Below, piece by piece: positions 13,220 to 26,096 of a stretch of 64,000 nt of DNA. The translations under genes were made by a program, and so were the position numbers. The stretch is from assembly GCA_950097015.1 (NCBI GenBank), contig CATNEN010000003.1, positions 14,508,001 through 14,572,000 on the forward strand, read 5' to 3'. The notes beneath the pieces are model-generated. The model ran no database searches, had not been told where the DNA came from, and saw nothing but the letters and a program-made list of their open reading frames with translations. This stretch comes from Macrostomum hystrix. Its lineage: Eukaryota; Animalia; Platyhelminthes. The stretch's first letter is position 1. The number at the start of each line of letters is the position of its first letter.

Positions 13220-14100
13220 AGGATAGACAGAGATAAACAAGGATAAACAGGGATAAACAGAGATAAACAAGGATAAACAGTGATAAACTGAGATAAACTG
13301 GGATAAATTGGGATAAATTGGGATAAACAGAGATAAACAAGGATAAACAGTGATAAACTGAGATAAACTGGGGTAAACTGGGATAAATTGGGATAAATTG
13401 GGATAAATTGGTCTAAACAAGGTGAACCAATGATAAATTGGAATGAACAAGGATAAACTGGGATAAAACAGATAACTAGGGATAAACTGGGCTAATGTGG
13501 GATTAACTGGGATGAAATGGGATACTTTGAGATAAACTGCGATAAAAAGGGATAAACAGAGATAAACAAGGATAAACAGTGATAAACTGAGATAAACTGG
13601 GATAAATTGGGATAAATTGGGATAAACAGAGATAAACAAGGATAAACAGTGATAAACTGAGATAAACTGGGATAAATTGGGATAAATTGGGATAAATTGG
13701 GATAAATTGGGATAAATTGGGATAAATTGGGATAAATTGGGATAAATTGGGATAAATTGGGATAAATTGGGATAAATTGGTCTAAACAAGGTGAACCAAT
13801 GATAAATTGGAATGAACAAGGATAAACTGGGATAAAACAGATAACTAGGGATAAACTGGGCTAATGTGGGATTAACTGGGATGAAATGGGATACTTTGAG
13901 ATAAACTGGGATAAACAGGGATAAACAGAGATAAACAAGGATAAACAGTGATAAACTGAGATAAACTGGGATAAATTGGGATAAATTGGGATAAACAGAG
14001 ATAAACAAGGATAAACAGTGATAAACTGAGATAAACTGGGATAAACTGGGATAAACTGGGATAAATTGGAATAAAATGGAATGATGTGGGATAAAATGGT
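13220..14100. repeat. 10-bp minisatellite (GGATAAA[C/T]TG and variants) with a 369-bp internal duplication
   Basis: Tandem units; the block gtctaaacaaggtgaacc occurs at 13411 and 13780. Confidence 0.95.
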
Positions 14101-14827
14101 ATGTGGTGAGATAAACTGTAAAAAATGCGATAAGAAAGGATAAAATGTGATGCATTTTAAAGCTGTTAAGATCGGTGATTAGATGAAATAAACAGAGAGA
14201 AGCTTGGGGGAGAGACAGGTAGAGACTATTGAAACAGCATAGCGGACAAATAGACATCCCATAAGTTAGATTTTACCTCGTAAATCTAACTATCACGAAA
14301 CAAATTGGCACTTAAAAAGAGGCCGCCGTTATAGAAGGCGGAATAAATTGAAATCGATCTTGCCGGCGCTTTTCGCTGGAGAACAAAAACTAATTTAGAC
14401 TTTATAATCATTAATCGATTTTCGCTTTCCTTTTTTATCTTTTTATTTAAAACACCGCTACCTGTTCCAATATAAAATTATTCGTTGTTCAATCACTCAC
14501 GCCTACGCTCTTATAAATTAAATACAAAATAGGAGAATATCAATGAATGAAATGAATGAAATTAACATAGTAATTAGAATCTGTTTAATACTGGCGGCGA
14601 CAGTATACTCGCTGCCTTAGGGTGTCTGTGCAAACGATTGAAAAAGTGGAAGTCTGAAAGAAATGCAGCTTTAGATTTCAAAGTACACATTGTCTGCTAA
14701 GCTTTTGTAACGAATTTTCTGGTTGGACGACATGAAAAGAAGGGTCAAGGTCGTTTGGAAATTTCGGATAACACATAGGGTCAATTGAAACGCTGGGTCA
14801 ATAAAATTACTGGGTCAATTAAAATTT

Positions 14828-15158
14828 GGGATTTGGGTCGATGGGATTGGGTCGATGGGATTTGGGTCGATGGGATTGGGTCGATTGGATTGGGTCGATG
14901 GTATTTGGGTCGATGGGATTTGGGTCGATGGGATTTGGGTCGATTGGATTGGGTCGATGGGATTTGGGTCGATGGGATTTAGGTCGATGGGATTTGGGTC
15001 GATGGGATTTGGGTCGATGGGATTTGGGTCGATTGGATTGGGTCGATGGGATTTGGGTCGATGGGATTTGGGTCGATGGGATTGGGTTGATGGGATTTGG
15101 GTCGATGGGATTTGGTTCGATGGGATTCGGGTCGATGGGATCTGGGTTGATGGGATTG
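14828..15158. repeat. 14-15-bp minisatellite (GGGTCGATGGGATTT)
   Basis: About 22 tandem units. Confidence 0.95.
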
Positions 15159-15305
15159 ATTCTGCGGAATCACAGTCAAGAGTTGAACACATTGGGTCAC
15201 TGTTGGATGGAGGATTTATTCTATTTGCTAATCCAATCTTAGCCCTACTAGAGCATTTAAAAGATAAATATTAAAATAGTTGATTAATCTAGCCGCAAGC
15301 ATTAC

Positions 15306-15472
15306 CGTCATAAGTCAGTGAACCCGTCCAGCAGCTGTGGTCCCCCTCCAGTAGTCCTGATGACTCACTCTCTGATGTAAAGGGCATAAAAAGAAGCGAC
15401 AGATCGACTTTCCTGTGCGCCCTGGCTGTTGTCTGTCGCTGACAATTTTCGCGCCAGACCAAAGAAAAAATT
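15306..15472 (-). CDS. Candidate internal exon of the large unknown gene (RIFSLVWRENCQRQ...CWTGSLTYD)
   Basis: Acceptor cttatag|, donor G|gtaatg, open frame from phase 2 to phase 1, flanked by satellites. Confidence 0.4.
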
Positions 15473-15884
15473 CTATAAGTCTATAACGAATCCGGTTAAA
15501 AAAAAGAAGAAAAAAACCAGTCTGCAAGTGCACAAAAGCAGTTTCTTCTTTACTGAACGGCATCGACTACTATATTCCGTTTGTATAAGGCAGACAGATC
15601 ATAATACTTTAGAAATGATATCATAGAAGAAGGAGATGCTAGATGAAACTTGACTGTGTTTTTATTAGAGACAGACGCATTTTGTCTACGTAGTTGCACT
15701 AACTTGGAATAGGATATTATTCAATTGTATTTCGCTTCTACGCAAATTCGTCTTGCCTTTTGCCTGCTTGCAGGCTTTATTATAAACTTGTGTTCGGCGT
15801 TTCTTAACACAAATTTACAAATCTACTTTTGTAAATTTATCCCAAGTATTCTATTTATCTCTAATCTCTACTTCACGCCTCTAC

Positions 15885-16145
15885 CGCTCGTGTCTACCTC
15901 TCAAATCTACCTCTTATAATCTACCCAATCTACTCCAATCTACCTCTCATGTCTACCTCTTCAATCTACCTCTCATGTCTACCTCTTCAAACTACCTCTC
16001 ATGTCTACCTCTTCAAACTACCTCTCATGTCTACCTCTTCAATCTACCTCTCATGTCTACCTCTCATGTCTACCCTATAAATCTACCTCTCATGTCTACC
16101 ACTCCAATCTACCTCCCCATCTACCACTCCCGTCTACCCTTCAAA
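15885..16145. repeat. Degenerate minisatellite (CTACCTCTCATGT / CTACCTCTTCAA)
   Basis: Tandem units visible. Confidence 0.85.
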
Positions 16146-16628
16146 TCTTATCTTATCATCATGTCTTATCATTCTAAGGCGGTGTGTTGTCAAGTGAAGA
16201 AGATCTGAAAATTGTTGATAAACCAGCTATATAAAAGAGCATGAAGGTCTGGCGCGACAACGGGTCGGTCAAACTCCTCCTATTAGCCAATCTAATCAAC
16301 CATGCAACCCGCCACTGCTGACGGGAAGCAAAGTCCTGATCAATTCGATTTTTTGGGAAGAAATGTCTCAAACAGATTAGATCAAGTGTGGGATCGAATC
16401 GGCCCGAAAGCATTCTGTCAGGATTGCTTGGACACAGCAACTTGATCGTGATTTTTTTTCTACTCTAGAAAATGTTCCATCAAGGCTAAGTGCTCTAGAT
16501 CGGCTTCGAATCGAACCCTGGACGATAAGCCTCTTGCGACAAATTTCCAGCACCCCGTGCGACCATGGCTGGACAAAAAGTGCATCTGACAATCTGATAA
16601 TCTATTATGATGTTTCGTTGCATTTTAG

Positions 16629-18160
16629 GGATTTCGAGATAAACAGTGGGATTTCTAGATAAACAGTGGGATTTCTAGATAAACAGTGGGATTTCTAGAT
16701 AAACAGGAGGATTTCTAGATAAACAGTGGGATTTCTAGATAAACAGTGGGATTTCTAGATAAACAGGAGGATTTCTAGATAAACAGTGGGATTTCTAGAT
16801 AAACAGGAGGATTTCTAGATAAACAGGAGGATTTCTAGATAAACAGGAGGATTTCTAGATAAACAGGAGGATTTCTAGATAAACAGTCGGATTTCTAGAT
16901 AAACAGGAGGATTTCTAGATAAACAGGAGGATTTCTAGATAAACAGTGGGATTTCTAGATAAACAGGAGGATTTCTAGATAAACAGTGGGATTTCTAGAT
17001 AAACAGTGGGATTTCTAGATAAACAGGAGGATTTCTAGATAAACAGTGGGATTTCTAGATAAACAGTGGGATTTCTAGATAAACAGGAGGATTTCTAGAT
17101 AAACAGTGGGATTTCTAGATAAACAGTGGGATTTCTAGATAAACAGTGGGATTTCTAGATAAACAGGAGGATTTCTAGATAAACAGTGGGATTTCTAGAT
17201 AAACAGGAGGATTTCTAGATAAACAGTGGGATTTCTAGATAAACAGTGGGATTTCTAGATAAACAGTGGGATTTCTATATAAACAGTGGGATTTCTAGAT
17301 AAACAGTGGGATTTCTATATAAACAGTGGGATTTCTAGATAAACAGTGGGATTTCTAGATAAACAGTGGGATTTCTATATAAACAGTGGGATTTCTAGAT
17401 AAACAGTGGGATTTCTAGATAAACAGTGGGATTTCTAGATAAACAGGAGGATTTCTAGATAAACAGTGGGATTTCTAGATAAACAGGAGGATTTCTAGAT
17501 AAACAGGAGGATTTCTAGATAAACAGTGGGATTTCTAGATAAACAGGAGGATTTCTAGATAAACAGTAGGATTTCTAGATAAACAGGAGGATTTCTAGAT
17601 AAACAGGAGGATTTCTAGATAAACAGTGGGATTTCTAGATAAACAGTGGGATTTCTAGATAAACAGGAGGATTTCTAGATAAACAGGAGGATTTCTAGAT
17701 AAACAGTGGGATTTCTAGATAAACAGTGGGATTTCTATATAAACAGTGGGATTTCTAGATAAACAGTGGGATTTCTAGATAAACAGTGGGATTTCTATAT
17801 AAACAGTGGGATTTCTAGATAAACAGTGGGATTTCTATATAAACAGTGGGATTTCTAGATAAACAGTGAGATTTCTAGATAAACAGTGGGATTTCTAGAT
17901 AAACAGTCGTATTTCTAGATAAACAGTGGGATTTCTATATAAACAGTGGGATTTCTAGATAAACAGTGGGATTTCTATATAAACAGTGGGATTTCTAGAT
18001 AAACAGTGAGATTTCTAGATTAACAGTGGGATTTCTAGATAAACAGGAGGATTTCTAGATAAACAGGAGGATTTCTAGATAAACAGTGGGATTTCTAGAT
18101 AAACCGTGGGATTTCTATATAAACAGTGCAATTTCTTGATAACCAGTTGAACTTCTAGAT
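16629..18160. repeat. 20-bp minisatellite (ATTTCTAGATAAACAG[TG/GA]GG)
   Basis: About 75 units in unbroken phase. Confidence 0.98.
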
Positions 18161-18349
18161 TATCACTGGGATTATACATAAGTAGCAAGATATCTAGTGA
18201 TCTAACTTCCATTCTACGGCTAATATCAAGGCACCTTTCATGTTAAAAAAATCGAGGTCAAAAAGCGATTTAAATCTTAATTGATGACCTATTTTCAAGC
18301 AAACTTTCCTTTCAATGTTGGTCGACATTTAACTTATTTTTTTGTTACT

Positions 18350-19405
18350 TTCTTTCGCGAACGGTAGCCAGGTAGACAGAAACTGTACTAATAGAGGTCC
18401 ATCCAGGCACAAGCGGAGGGTTGAAACAGTGCATCCTATTTAGCTGCTTGGGACAAATAATGTGATACGCATTTTAGTAGATAAGGAGATCTGGGATTAG
18501 GGAACACAGGCGGAAGATCATTGCGCGAATGAGAGGTTCGGGTGTCCCCGTAGGCTGAAATCTACTGAAACTTGAAACTTCACACAGACAGGCAGACAGG
18601 CAGTCTCCGTTCGCGTCAGGAAGGTCAGTTTTTTTTCTTCAAGTTTCTAAGAAATAGCCAAGTCTCGCCGTGCCAGCGCCTTTCGGTGGGATTCGGTAGG
18701 CAAAGTTTTAAGAGGCGGCGGCGACGCTTTTGAACTGGCCGAACAGCCTTATATAGATGACCAACTGGTGCTTTTTTGTCATTCCATAAATCTCTTTTCA
18801 CTTATACAGTTTTCTTCTTTCTAGCGGACCAAAAAAGCACGACAGAAAGGTACGAGAGAAGTAGTTAGTGTTGACTTTCTTTTTCTTAAACCCCCTCCTT
18901 AGTTTTGAATCAGCGCCCAGTTTGGCGGCGACCTACAAAGGGTTTCGAATTTTTCGGGCCTTCCAAAGAGACATTTCGGTGTATTTGGTAGTCAACGCGA
19001 CCCCGGGGGGAGGAGGAGGGATTGGTGGCTGTGGGGTAAAGAAAATTTGGCGATCCGGTCCTTGTCTCTCTTACTCTTTGGCTTGCCAGGTAACAAAGAA
19101 TTTGACTTCTAACAAGCCCATGGATGGGAGGCAAATTATAGATATAGTGTACACAAATTGGTCTACCTGGGAGATACAAATGGACACAGCGACGAATCGC
19201 TCTCTTAAAATTTTCCCTACCGCGGTATTTCTCCCCTCCCCTCCCTCATTCGCTCCAGAGCGAAGGCGGATCAGAAAATGCCTAACAATTATTAATTGCT
19301 TAATCATTCCTAGGTCCAAGGTCGTTACTGTCTCCAGTCCATAGAGAATTAATTTCTTTAGTTGTAATCCAGATATAGAAACTATGAGCGATCTTTTTCT
19401 GGAAT
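18350..19405 (-). pseudogene. Decayed coding segment homologous to exon A of the unknown gene
   Basis: 19214-18963 translates to KILRER..VYTISII..GLLE..DRQIFF..PPPG..SLW, aligning almost without gaps to KLMRAR..AYTICVV..PLHE..ERSKLF..LPPG..SLW at 5960-5715. In-frame stops are present. Confidence 0.55.
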
Positions 19406-19539
19406 CTATAAATATGATAGATCAATTATTCAACACGGGATCTTTGATCTATCAAGGAACTAATGAAGAGTCTAGTTAATATCTAGCAATCATCTATGAA
19501 TACTCTACAGTAGAATCTAGTAAATACTTATTAATGATC

Positions 19540-21645
19540 TATCAATGATCTACAGTAGAATCTAGTTAGTACCTATCAATGATCTACAGTAGAATCTAGT
19601 TAGTACCTATCAATGATCTACAGTAGAATCTAGTTAGTACCTATCAATGATCTACAGTAGAATCTAGTTAGTACCTATCAATGATCTACAGTAGAATCTA
19701 GTTAGTACCTATCAATGATCTATCAATGATCTACAATATACGCTCGTAATCTAGTTAGTATCTATCAATGATCTACAGTATAATCTAGTTAGTATCTATC
19801 AATGATCTACAGTATAATCTAGTTAGTATCTATCAATAATCTACAGTATAATCTAGTTAGTATCTATCAATAAGCTACAGTATAATCTAGTTAGTATCTA
19901 TCAATGATCTACAGTATAATCTAGTTAGTATCTATCAATGATCTACAGTATAATCTAGTTAGTATCTATCAATGATCTACAGTATAATCTAGTTAGTATC
20001 TATCAATGATCTACAGTATAATCTAGTTAGTATCTATCAATAATCTACAGTATAATCTAGTTAGTATCTATCAATAAGCTACAGTATAATCTAGTTAGTA
20101 TCTATCAATGATCTACAGTATAATCTAGTTAGTATCTATCAATGATCTACAGTATAATCTAGTTAGTATCTATCAATAAGCTACAGTATAATCTAGTTAG
20201 TATCTATCAATGATCTACAGTAGAATCTAGTTAGTATCTATCAATGATCTGCAGTATAATCTAGTTAGTATCTATCAATAAGCTACAGTATAATCTAGTT
20301 AGTATCTATCAATAAGCTACAGTATAATCTAGTTAGTATCTATCAATAATCTACAGTATAATCTAGTTAGTATCTATCAATAAGCTGCAGTATAATCTAG
20401 TTAGTATCTATCAATAAGCTACAGTATAATCTAGTTAGTATCTATCAATAATCTACAGTATAATCTAGTTAGTATCTATCAATAAGCTACAGTATAATCT
20501 AGTTAGTATCTATCAATAAGCTACAGTATAATCTAGTTAGTATCTATCAATAATCTACAGTATAATCTAGTTAGTATCTATCAATAATCTACAGTATAAT
20601 CTAGTTAGTATCTATCAATAAGCTACAGTATAATCTAGTTAGTATCTATCAATAAGCTACAGTATAATCTAGTTAGTATCTATCAATGATCTACAGTATA
20701 ATCTAGTTAGTATCTATCAATGATCTACAGTATAATCTAGTTAGTATCTATCAATAATCTACAGTATAATCTAGTTAGTATCTATCAATAATCTACAGTA
20801 TAATCTAGTTAGTATCTATCAATAAGCTACAGTATAATCTAGTTAGTATCTATCAATAAGCTACAGTATAATCTAGTTAGTATCTATCAATAAGCTACAG
20901 TATAATCTAGTTAGTATCTATCAATGATCTACAGTATAATCTAGTTAGTATCTATCAATGATCTACAGTATAATCTAGTTAGTATCTATCAATAAGCTAC
21001 AGTATAATCTAGTTAGTATCTATCAATGATCTACAGTAGAATCTAGTTAGTATCTATCAATGATCTGCAGTATAATCTAGTTAGTATCTATCAATAAGCT
21101 ACAGTATAATCTAGTTAGTATCTATCAATAAGCTACAGTATAATCTAGTTAGTATCTATCAATAATCTACAGTATAATCTAGTTAGTATCTATCAATAAG
21201 CTGCAGTATAATCTAGTTAGTATCTATCAATAAGCTACAGTATAATCTAGTTAGTATCTATCAATAATCTACAGTATAATCTAGTTAGTATCTATCAATA
21301 AGCTACAGTATAATCTAGTTAGTATCTATCAATAAGCTACAGTATAATCTAGTTAGTATCTATCAATAATCTACAGTATAATCTAGTTAGTATCTATCAA
21401 TAATCTACAGTATAATCTAGTTAGTATCTATCAATGATCTACAGTATAATCTAGTTAGTATCTATCAATGATCTACAGTATAATCTAGTTAGTATCTATC
21501 AATGATCTACAGTATAATCTAGTTAGTATCTATCAATAAGCTACAGTATAATCTAGTTAGTATCTATCAATGATCTACAGTATAATCTAGTTAGTATCTA
21601 TCAATAATCTACAGTATAATCTAGTTAGTATCTATCAATGATTTA
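19540..21645. repeat. 34-bp minisatellite (TCTACAGTATAATCTAGTTAGTATCTATCAATGA)
   Basis: About 60 units, with an 816-bp higher-order duplication. Confidence 0.98.
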
Positions 21646-21770
21646 TCACTCGTCTTCAGAATCATCTAGTAAATATCGATCAATGAACTTTCAATGATTT
21701 TCAGAAGAATCTACCTAATTTGTTAACAATCCAAAAAGTAGACGAAAAAAATAGATCATTTGCCCCTCAC

Positions 21771-24700
21771 CTATCGTTGTGCATGTCGAACAGTAGTTGC
21801 CTGTTTAGCACATCTCTTAGATCGATATTTTTCACATTTTGTAGTATATCCTCAGTGCTGGACAGTGATAATCTATCAGTGAGTTGAGCAGCATCTGCTA
21901 CTGGCAGCACGATATCTGAGCAGGGAAATATCATAGCCAGTGCAGCCAGCCAAATCCATAGTTTCAGTTGTCGGCCAATTATAGCATTGCTGGCCACTCG
22001 AAGCAGTCGATGTGTTCCTTTATCTGTTTTAAATATGATGAGCAGATAAAGTTTGACCTTCAGTTCTTACCATGTTAAGCAATCGTGATCTTAATCTTCA
22101 ATCATAGAAACTCTAATTGTGTTGGAAATAATCTTGGAAATCCGCCCTCCCAATCTTGGAAATCCGCCCTCCCAATCTTGGAAATCCGCCCTCCCAATCT
22201 TGGAAATCCGCCCTCCTAATCTTGGAAATCCGCCCTCCCAATCTTGGAAATCCGCCCTCCTAATCTTGGAAATCCATTCTCCCAATCTTGGAAATCCGCC
22301 CTCCCAATCTTGGAAATCCGCCCTCCCAATCTTGGAAATCCGCCCTCCCAATCTTGGAAATCCGCCCTCCCAATCTTGGAAATCCGCCCTCCCAATCTTG
22401 GAAATCCGCCCTCCCAATCTTGGAAATCCGCCCTCCCAATCTTGGATATCCGCCCTCCCAATCTTGGAAATCCGCCCTCCAAATCTTGGAAATCCGCCCT
22501 CCCAATCTTGGAAATCCGCCCTCCCAATCTTGGAAATCCGCCCTCCCAATCTTGGAAATCCGCCCTCCTAATCTTGGAAATGCGCCCTCCTAATCTTGGA
22601 AATCCGCCCTCCCAATCTTGGAAATCCGCCCTCCCAATCTTGGAAATGCGCCCTCCTAATCTTGGAAATCCATTCTCCCAATCTTGGAAATCCGCCCTCC
22701 CAATCTTGGAAATCCGCCCTCCCAATCTTGGAAATCCACCCTCCCAATCTTGGAAATCCGCCCTCCCAATCTTGGAAATCCGCCCTCCCAATCTTGGAAA
22801 TCCGCCCTCCCAATCTTGGAAATCCACCCTCCCAATCTTGGAAATCCGCCCTCCCAATCTTGGAAATCCGCCCTCCTAATCTTGGAAATCCGCCCTCCCA
22901 ATCTTGGAAATCCGCCCTCCTAATCTTGGATATCCGCCCTCCAAATCTTGGAAATCCGCCCTCCCAATCTTGGATATCCGCCCTCCTAATCTTGGAAATC
23001 CGCCCTCCTAATCTTGGATATCCGCCCTCCAAATCTTGGAAATCCGCCCTCCCAATCTTGGAAATCCGCCCTCCCAATCTTGGAAATCCGCCCTCCCAAT
23101 CTTGGAAATCCGCCCTCCAAATCTTGGAAATCCGCCCTCCCAATCTTGGAAATCCGCCCTCCCAATCTTGGAAATCCGCCCTCCTAATCTTGGAAACCCG
23201 CCCTCCTAATCTTGGAAATCCGCCCTCCCAATCTTGGAAATCCGCCCTCCCAATCTTGGAAATCCGCCCTCCCAATCTTGGAAATCCGCCCTCCCAATCT
23301 TGGAAATCCGCCCTCCTAATCTTGGATATCCGCCCTCCAAATCTTGGAAATCCGCCCTCCCAATCTTGGAAATCCGCCCTCCCAATCTTGGAAATCCGCC
23401 CTCCTAATCTTGGAAATCCATTCTCCCAATCTTGGAAATCCGCCCTCCCAATCTTGGAAATCCGCCCTCCCAATCTTGGAAATCCGCCCTCCCAATCTTG
23501 GAAATCCGCCCTCCCAATCTTGGAAATCCGCCCTCCCAATCTTGGAAATCCGCCCTCCCAATCTTGGAAATCCGCCCTCCCAATCTTGGAAATCCGCCCT
23601 CCCAATCTTGGAAATCCGCCCTCCCAATCTTGGAAATCCGCCCTCCCAATCTTGGAAATCCGCCCTCCCAATCTTGGAAATCCACCCTCCAAATCTTGGA
23701 AATCCGCCCTCCCAATCTTGAAAATCCGCCCTCCTAATCTTGGAAATCCGCCCTCCCAATCTTGGAAATCCGCCCTCCTAATCTTGGATATCCGCCCTCC
23801 AAATCTTGGAAATCCGCCCTCCCAATCTTGGATATCCGCCCTCCTAATCTTGGAAATCCGCCCTCCTAATCTTGGATATCCGCCCTCCAAATCTTGGAAA
23901 TCCGCCCTCCCAATCTTGGAAATCCGCCCTCCCAATCTTGGAAATCCGCCCTCCCAATCTTGGAAATCCGCCCTCCAAATCTTGGAAATCCGCCCTCCCA
24001 ATCTTGGAAATCCGCCCTCCCAATCTTGGAAATCCGCCCTCCTAATCTTGGAAACCCGCCCTCCTAATCTTGGAAATCCGCCCTCCCAATCTTGGAAATC
24101 CGCCCTCCCAATCTTGGAAATCCGCCCTCCCAATCTTGGAAATCCGCCCTCCCAATCTTGGAAATCCGCCCTCCTAATCTTGGAAATCCGCCCTCCAAAT
24201 CTTGGAAATCCGCCCTCCCAATCTTGGAAATCCGCCCTCCCAATCTTGGAAATCCGCCCTCCTAATCTTGGAAATCCATTCTCCCAATCTTGGAAATCCG
24301 CCCTCCCAATCTTGGAAATCCGCCCTCCCAATCTTGGAAATCCGCCCTCCCAATCTTGGAAATCCGCCCTCCCAATCTTGGAAATCCGCCCTCCCAATCT
24401 TGGAAATCCGCCCTCCCAATCTTGGAAATCCGCCCTCCCAATCTTGGAAATCCGCCCTCCCAATCTTGGAAATCCGCCCTCCCAATCTTGGAAATCCGCC
24501 CTCCCAATCTTGGAAATCCGCCCTCCCAATCTTGGAAATCCGCCCTCCCAATCTTGGAAATCCACCCTCCAAATCTTGGAAATCCGCCCTCCCAATCTTG
24601 AAAATCCGCCCTCCTAATCTTGGAAATCCGCCCTCCCAATCTTGGAAATCCGCCCTCCTAATCTTGGATATCCGCCCTCCAAATCTTGGAAATCCGCCCT

Positions 24701-25160
24701 CCCAATCTTGGATATCCGCCCTCCTAATCTTGGAAATCCGCCCTCCTAATCTTGGATATCCGCCCTCCAAATCTTGGAAATCCGCCCTCCCAATCTTGGA
24801 AATCCGCCCTCCCAATCTTGGAAATCCGCCCTCCCAATCTTGGAAATCCGCCCTCCAAATCTTGGAAATCCGCCCTCCCAATCTTGGAAATCCGCCCTCC
24901 CAATCTTGGAAATCCGCCCTCCTAATCTTGGAAACCCGCCCTCCTAATCTTGGAAATCCGCCCTCCCAATCTTGGAAATCCGCCCTCCTAATCTTGGAAA
25001 CCCGCTCTTGTTTTAAAAACACACGCGCTCGTTTTTTGGAAATCCACTATCAATTATGGAAAATCCGCTACTCGATCCTCCTTATAATCCGGCACAGTTA
25101 TTTTCAAATATTGGCTCACAAATCCTAGCTGTAAATCTTACCTGCCGTGGTGAAATCCAT
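21771..25160 (-). CDS. Candidate first two exons (25160-25142, 22023-21771) encoding a signal-peptide-like N-terminus
   Basis: ATG GAT TTC ACC ACG GCA G|gtaag joins aaaacag|AT in phase, giving MDFTTADKGTHRLLRV..LKLWIWLAALAMIFPCSDIVLPVADA-AQ. The second exon ends at the strong donor GATAG|gtgagg. Confidence 0.5.
22130..25005. repeat. 22-bp minisatellite (AATCTTGGAAATCCGCCCTCCC)
   Basis: About 130 units; the variant gaaaccc recurs at 23193, 24051 and 24931. Confidence 0.98.
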
Positions 25161-25825
25161 TTCGATTTTATCCAATAGTTGACGCAAAATTAGGCGCTGA
25201 AAATTGACAAGTCTCTACTAGATTTATCTGCACCCCAAATGTCATGTGGGACTTGAAAACACTCTGCGTCCTTAGTCTACGTCGAATCGTACTTGAAGTC
25301 CGTATTGAGCCGAGTCTCAGTATCAAAGCTAGTAACTTCTAGGCCCACGCTGCTGGCTATAGGCTAGGATTATTTGTCCCTTGCTTCAGCTTCCTGATTG
25401 GCTCGCGGTGTTGCAGCTTTTTCTCCTGTCGTTCGTCTCTTCCCGTCTCGTTCCCTTATTCTTTCCTTCCTTCTTGGATATTCGTGGTATGAAGCAATAG
25501 TTGAAGACCCAGACCAATAAGATAATGTAGCGATTTAGACTTGTCAGCATAGGAACTGACATTACTAGAGGGTGTGTATCTGTATAGAAACCTGTTGCCT
25601 TTTTGGCCTTTCGTGTGTTGCTTCAGTAATTCCTTGTTTCTGCTTATTATTTGCACACAAACACACATGCATGTAAATATGTATATTTGTCTGCCTCCAG
25701 ACTTACATTCACACAGACAAGGTCACTCTAGAAATTCAGAAAATTCTAGTGTCGATTCCGGTTGCAGAATTGCAGAATAAACAGTATATGGGTCTATGGT
25801 AAGGAGAGTGCGGCTAGAGTGAAGT

Positions 25826-26096
25826 AGAGAGCGGATGGAGGGAGAGAGCGGATGAAGGGAGAGAGCGGATGGAGGGCAGGAGAAAGCGAGTGTTGGTAAC
25901 GAGACAGCGGATAGAGGGAAGTAAAGAGCGGATGAAGGGAAGGAGACAGCGGATGAAGGGAAGGAGAGAGCGGATAGAGGGAAGGAGAGAGCGGTTGGAG
26001 GGAAGGAGGGAGCGGTTGGAGGGAAGGAGAGAGCGGATAGAGGGAAGGAGAGAGCGGTTGGAGGGAAGGAGAGAGCGGATGGAGGGAAGGAGAGCG
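25826..26096. repeat. 21-bp purine-rich minisatellite (GAGAGCGGATGGAGGGAAGGA), short array
   Basis: Same unit as 30665-32340. Confidence 0.92.

Noticed and set aside
18350-19405. Stop-codon reassignment or readthrough in the decayed exons
   Set aside because: All three stop types and frameshifts occur, and neighbouring conserved genes use the standard code
16629-25005. CRISPR-like regular repeats
   Set aside because: Units are head-to-tail with no unique spacers, no cas genes are present, and the context is eukaryotic
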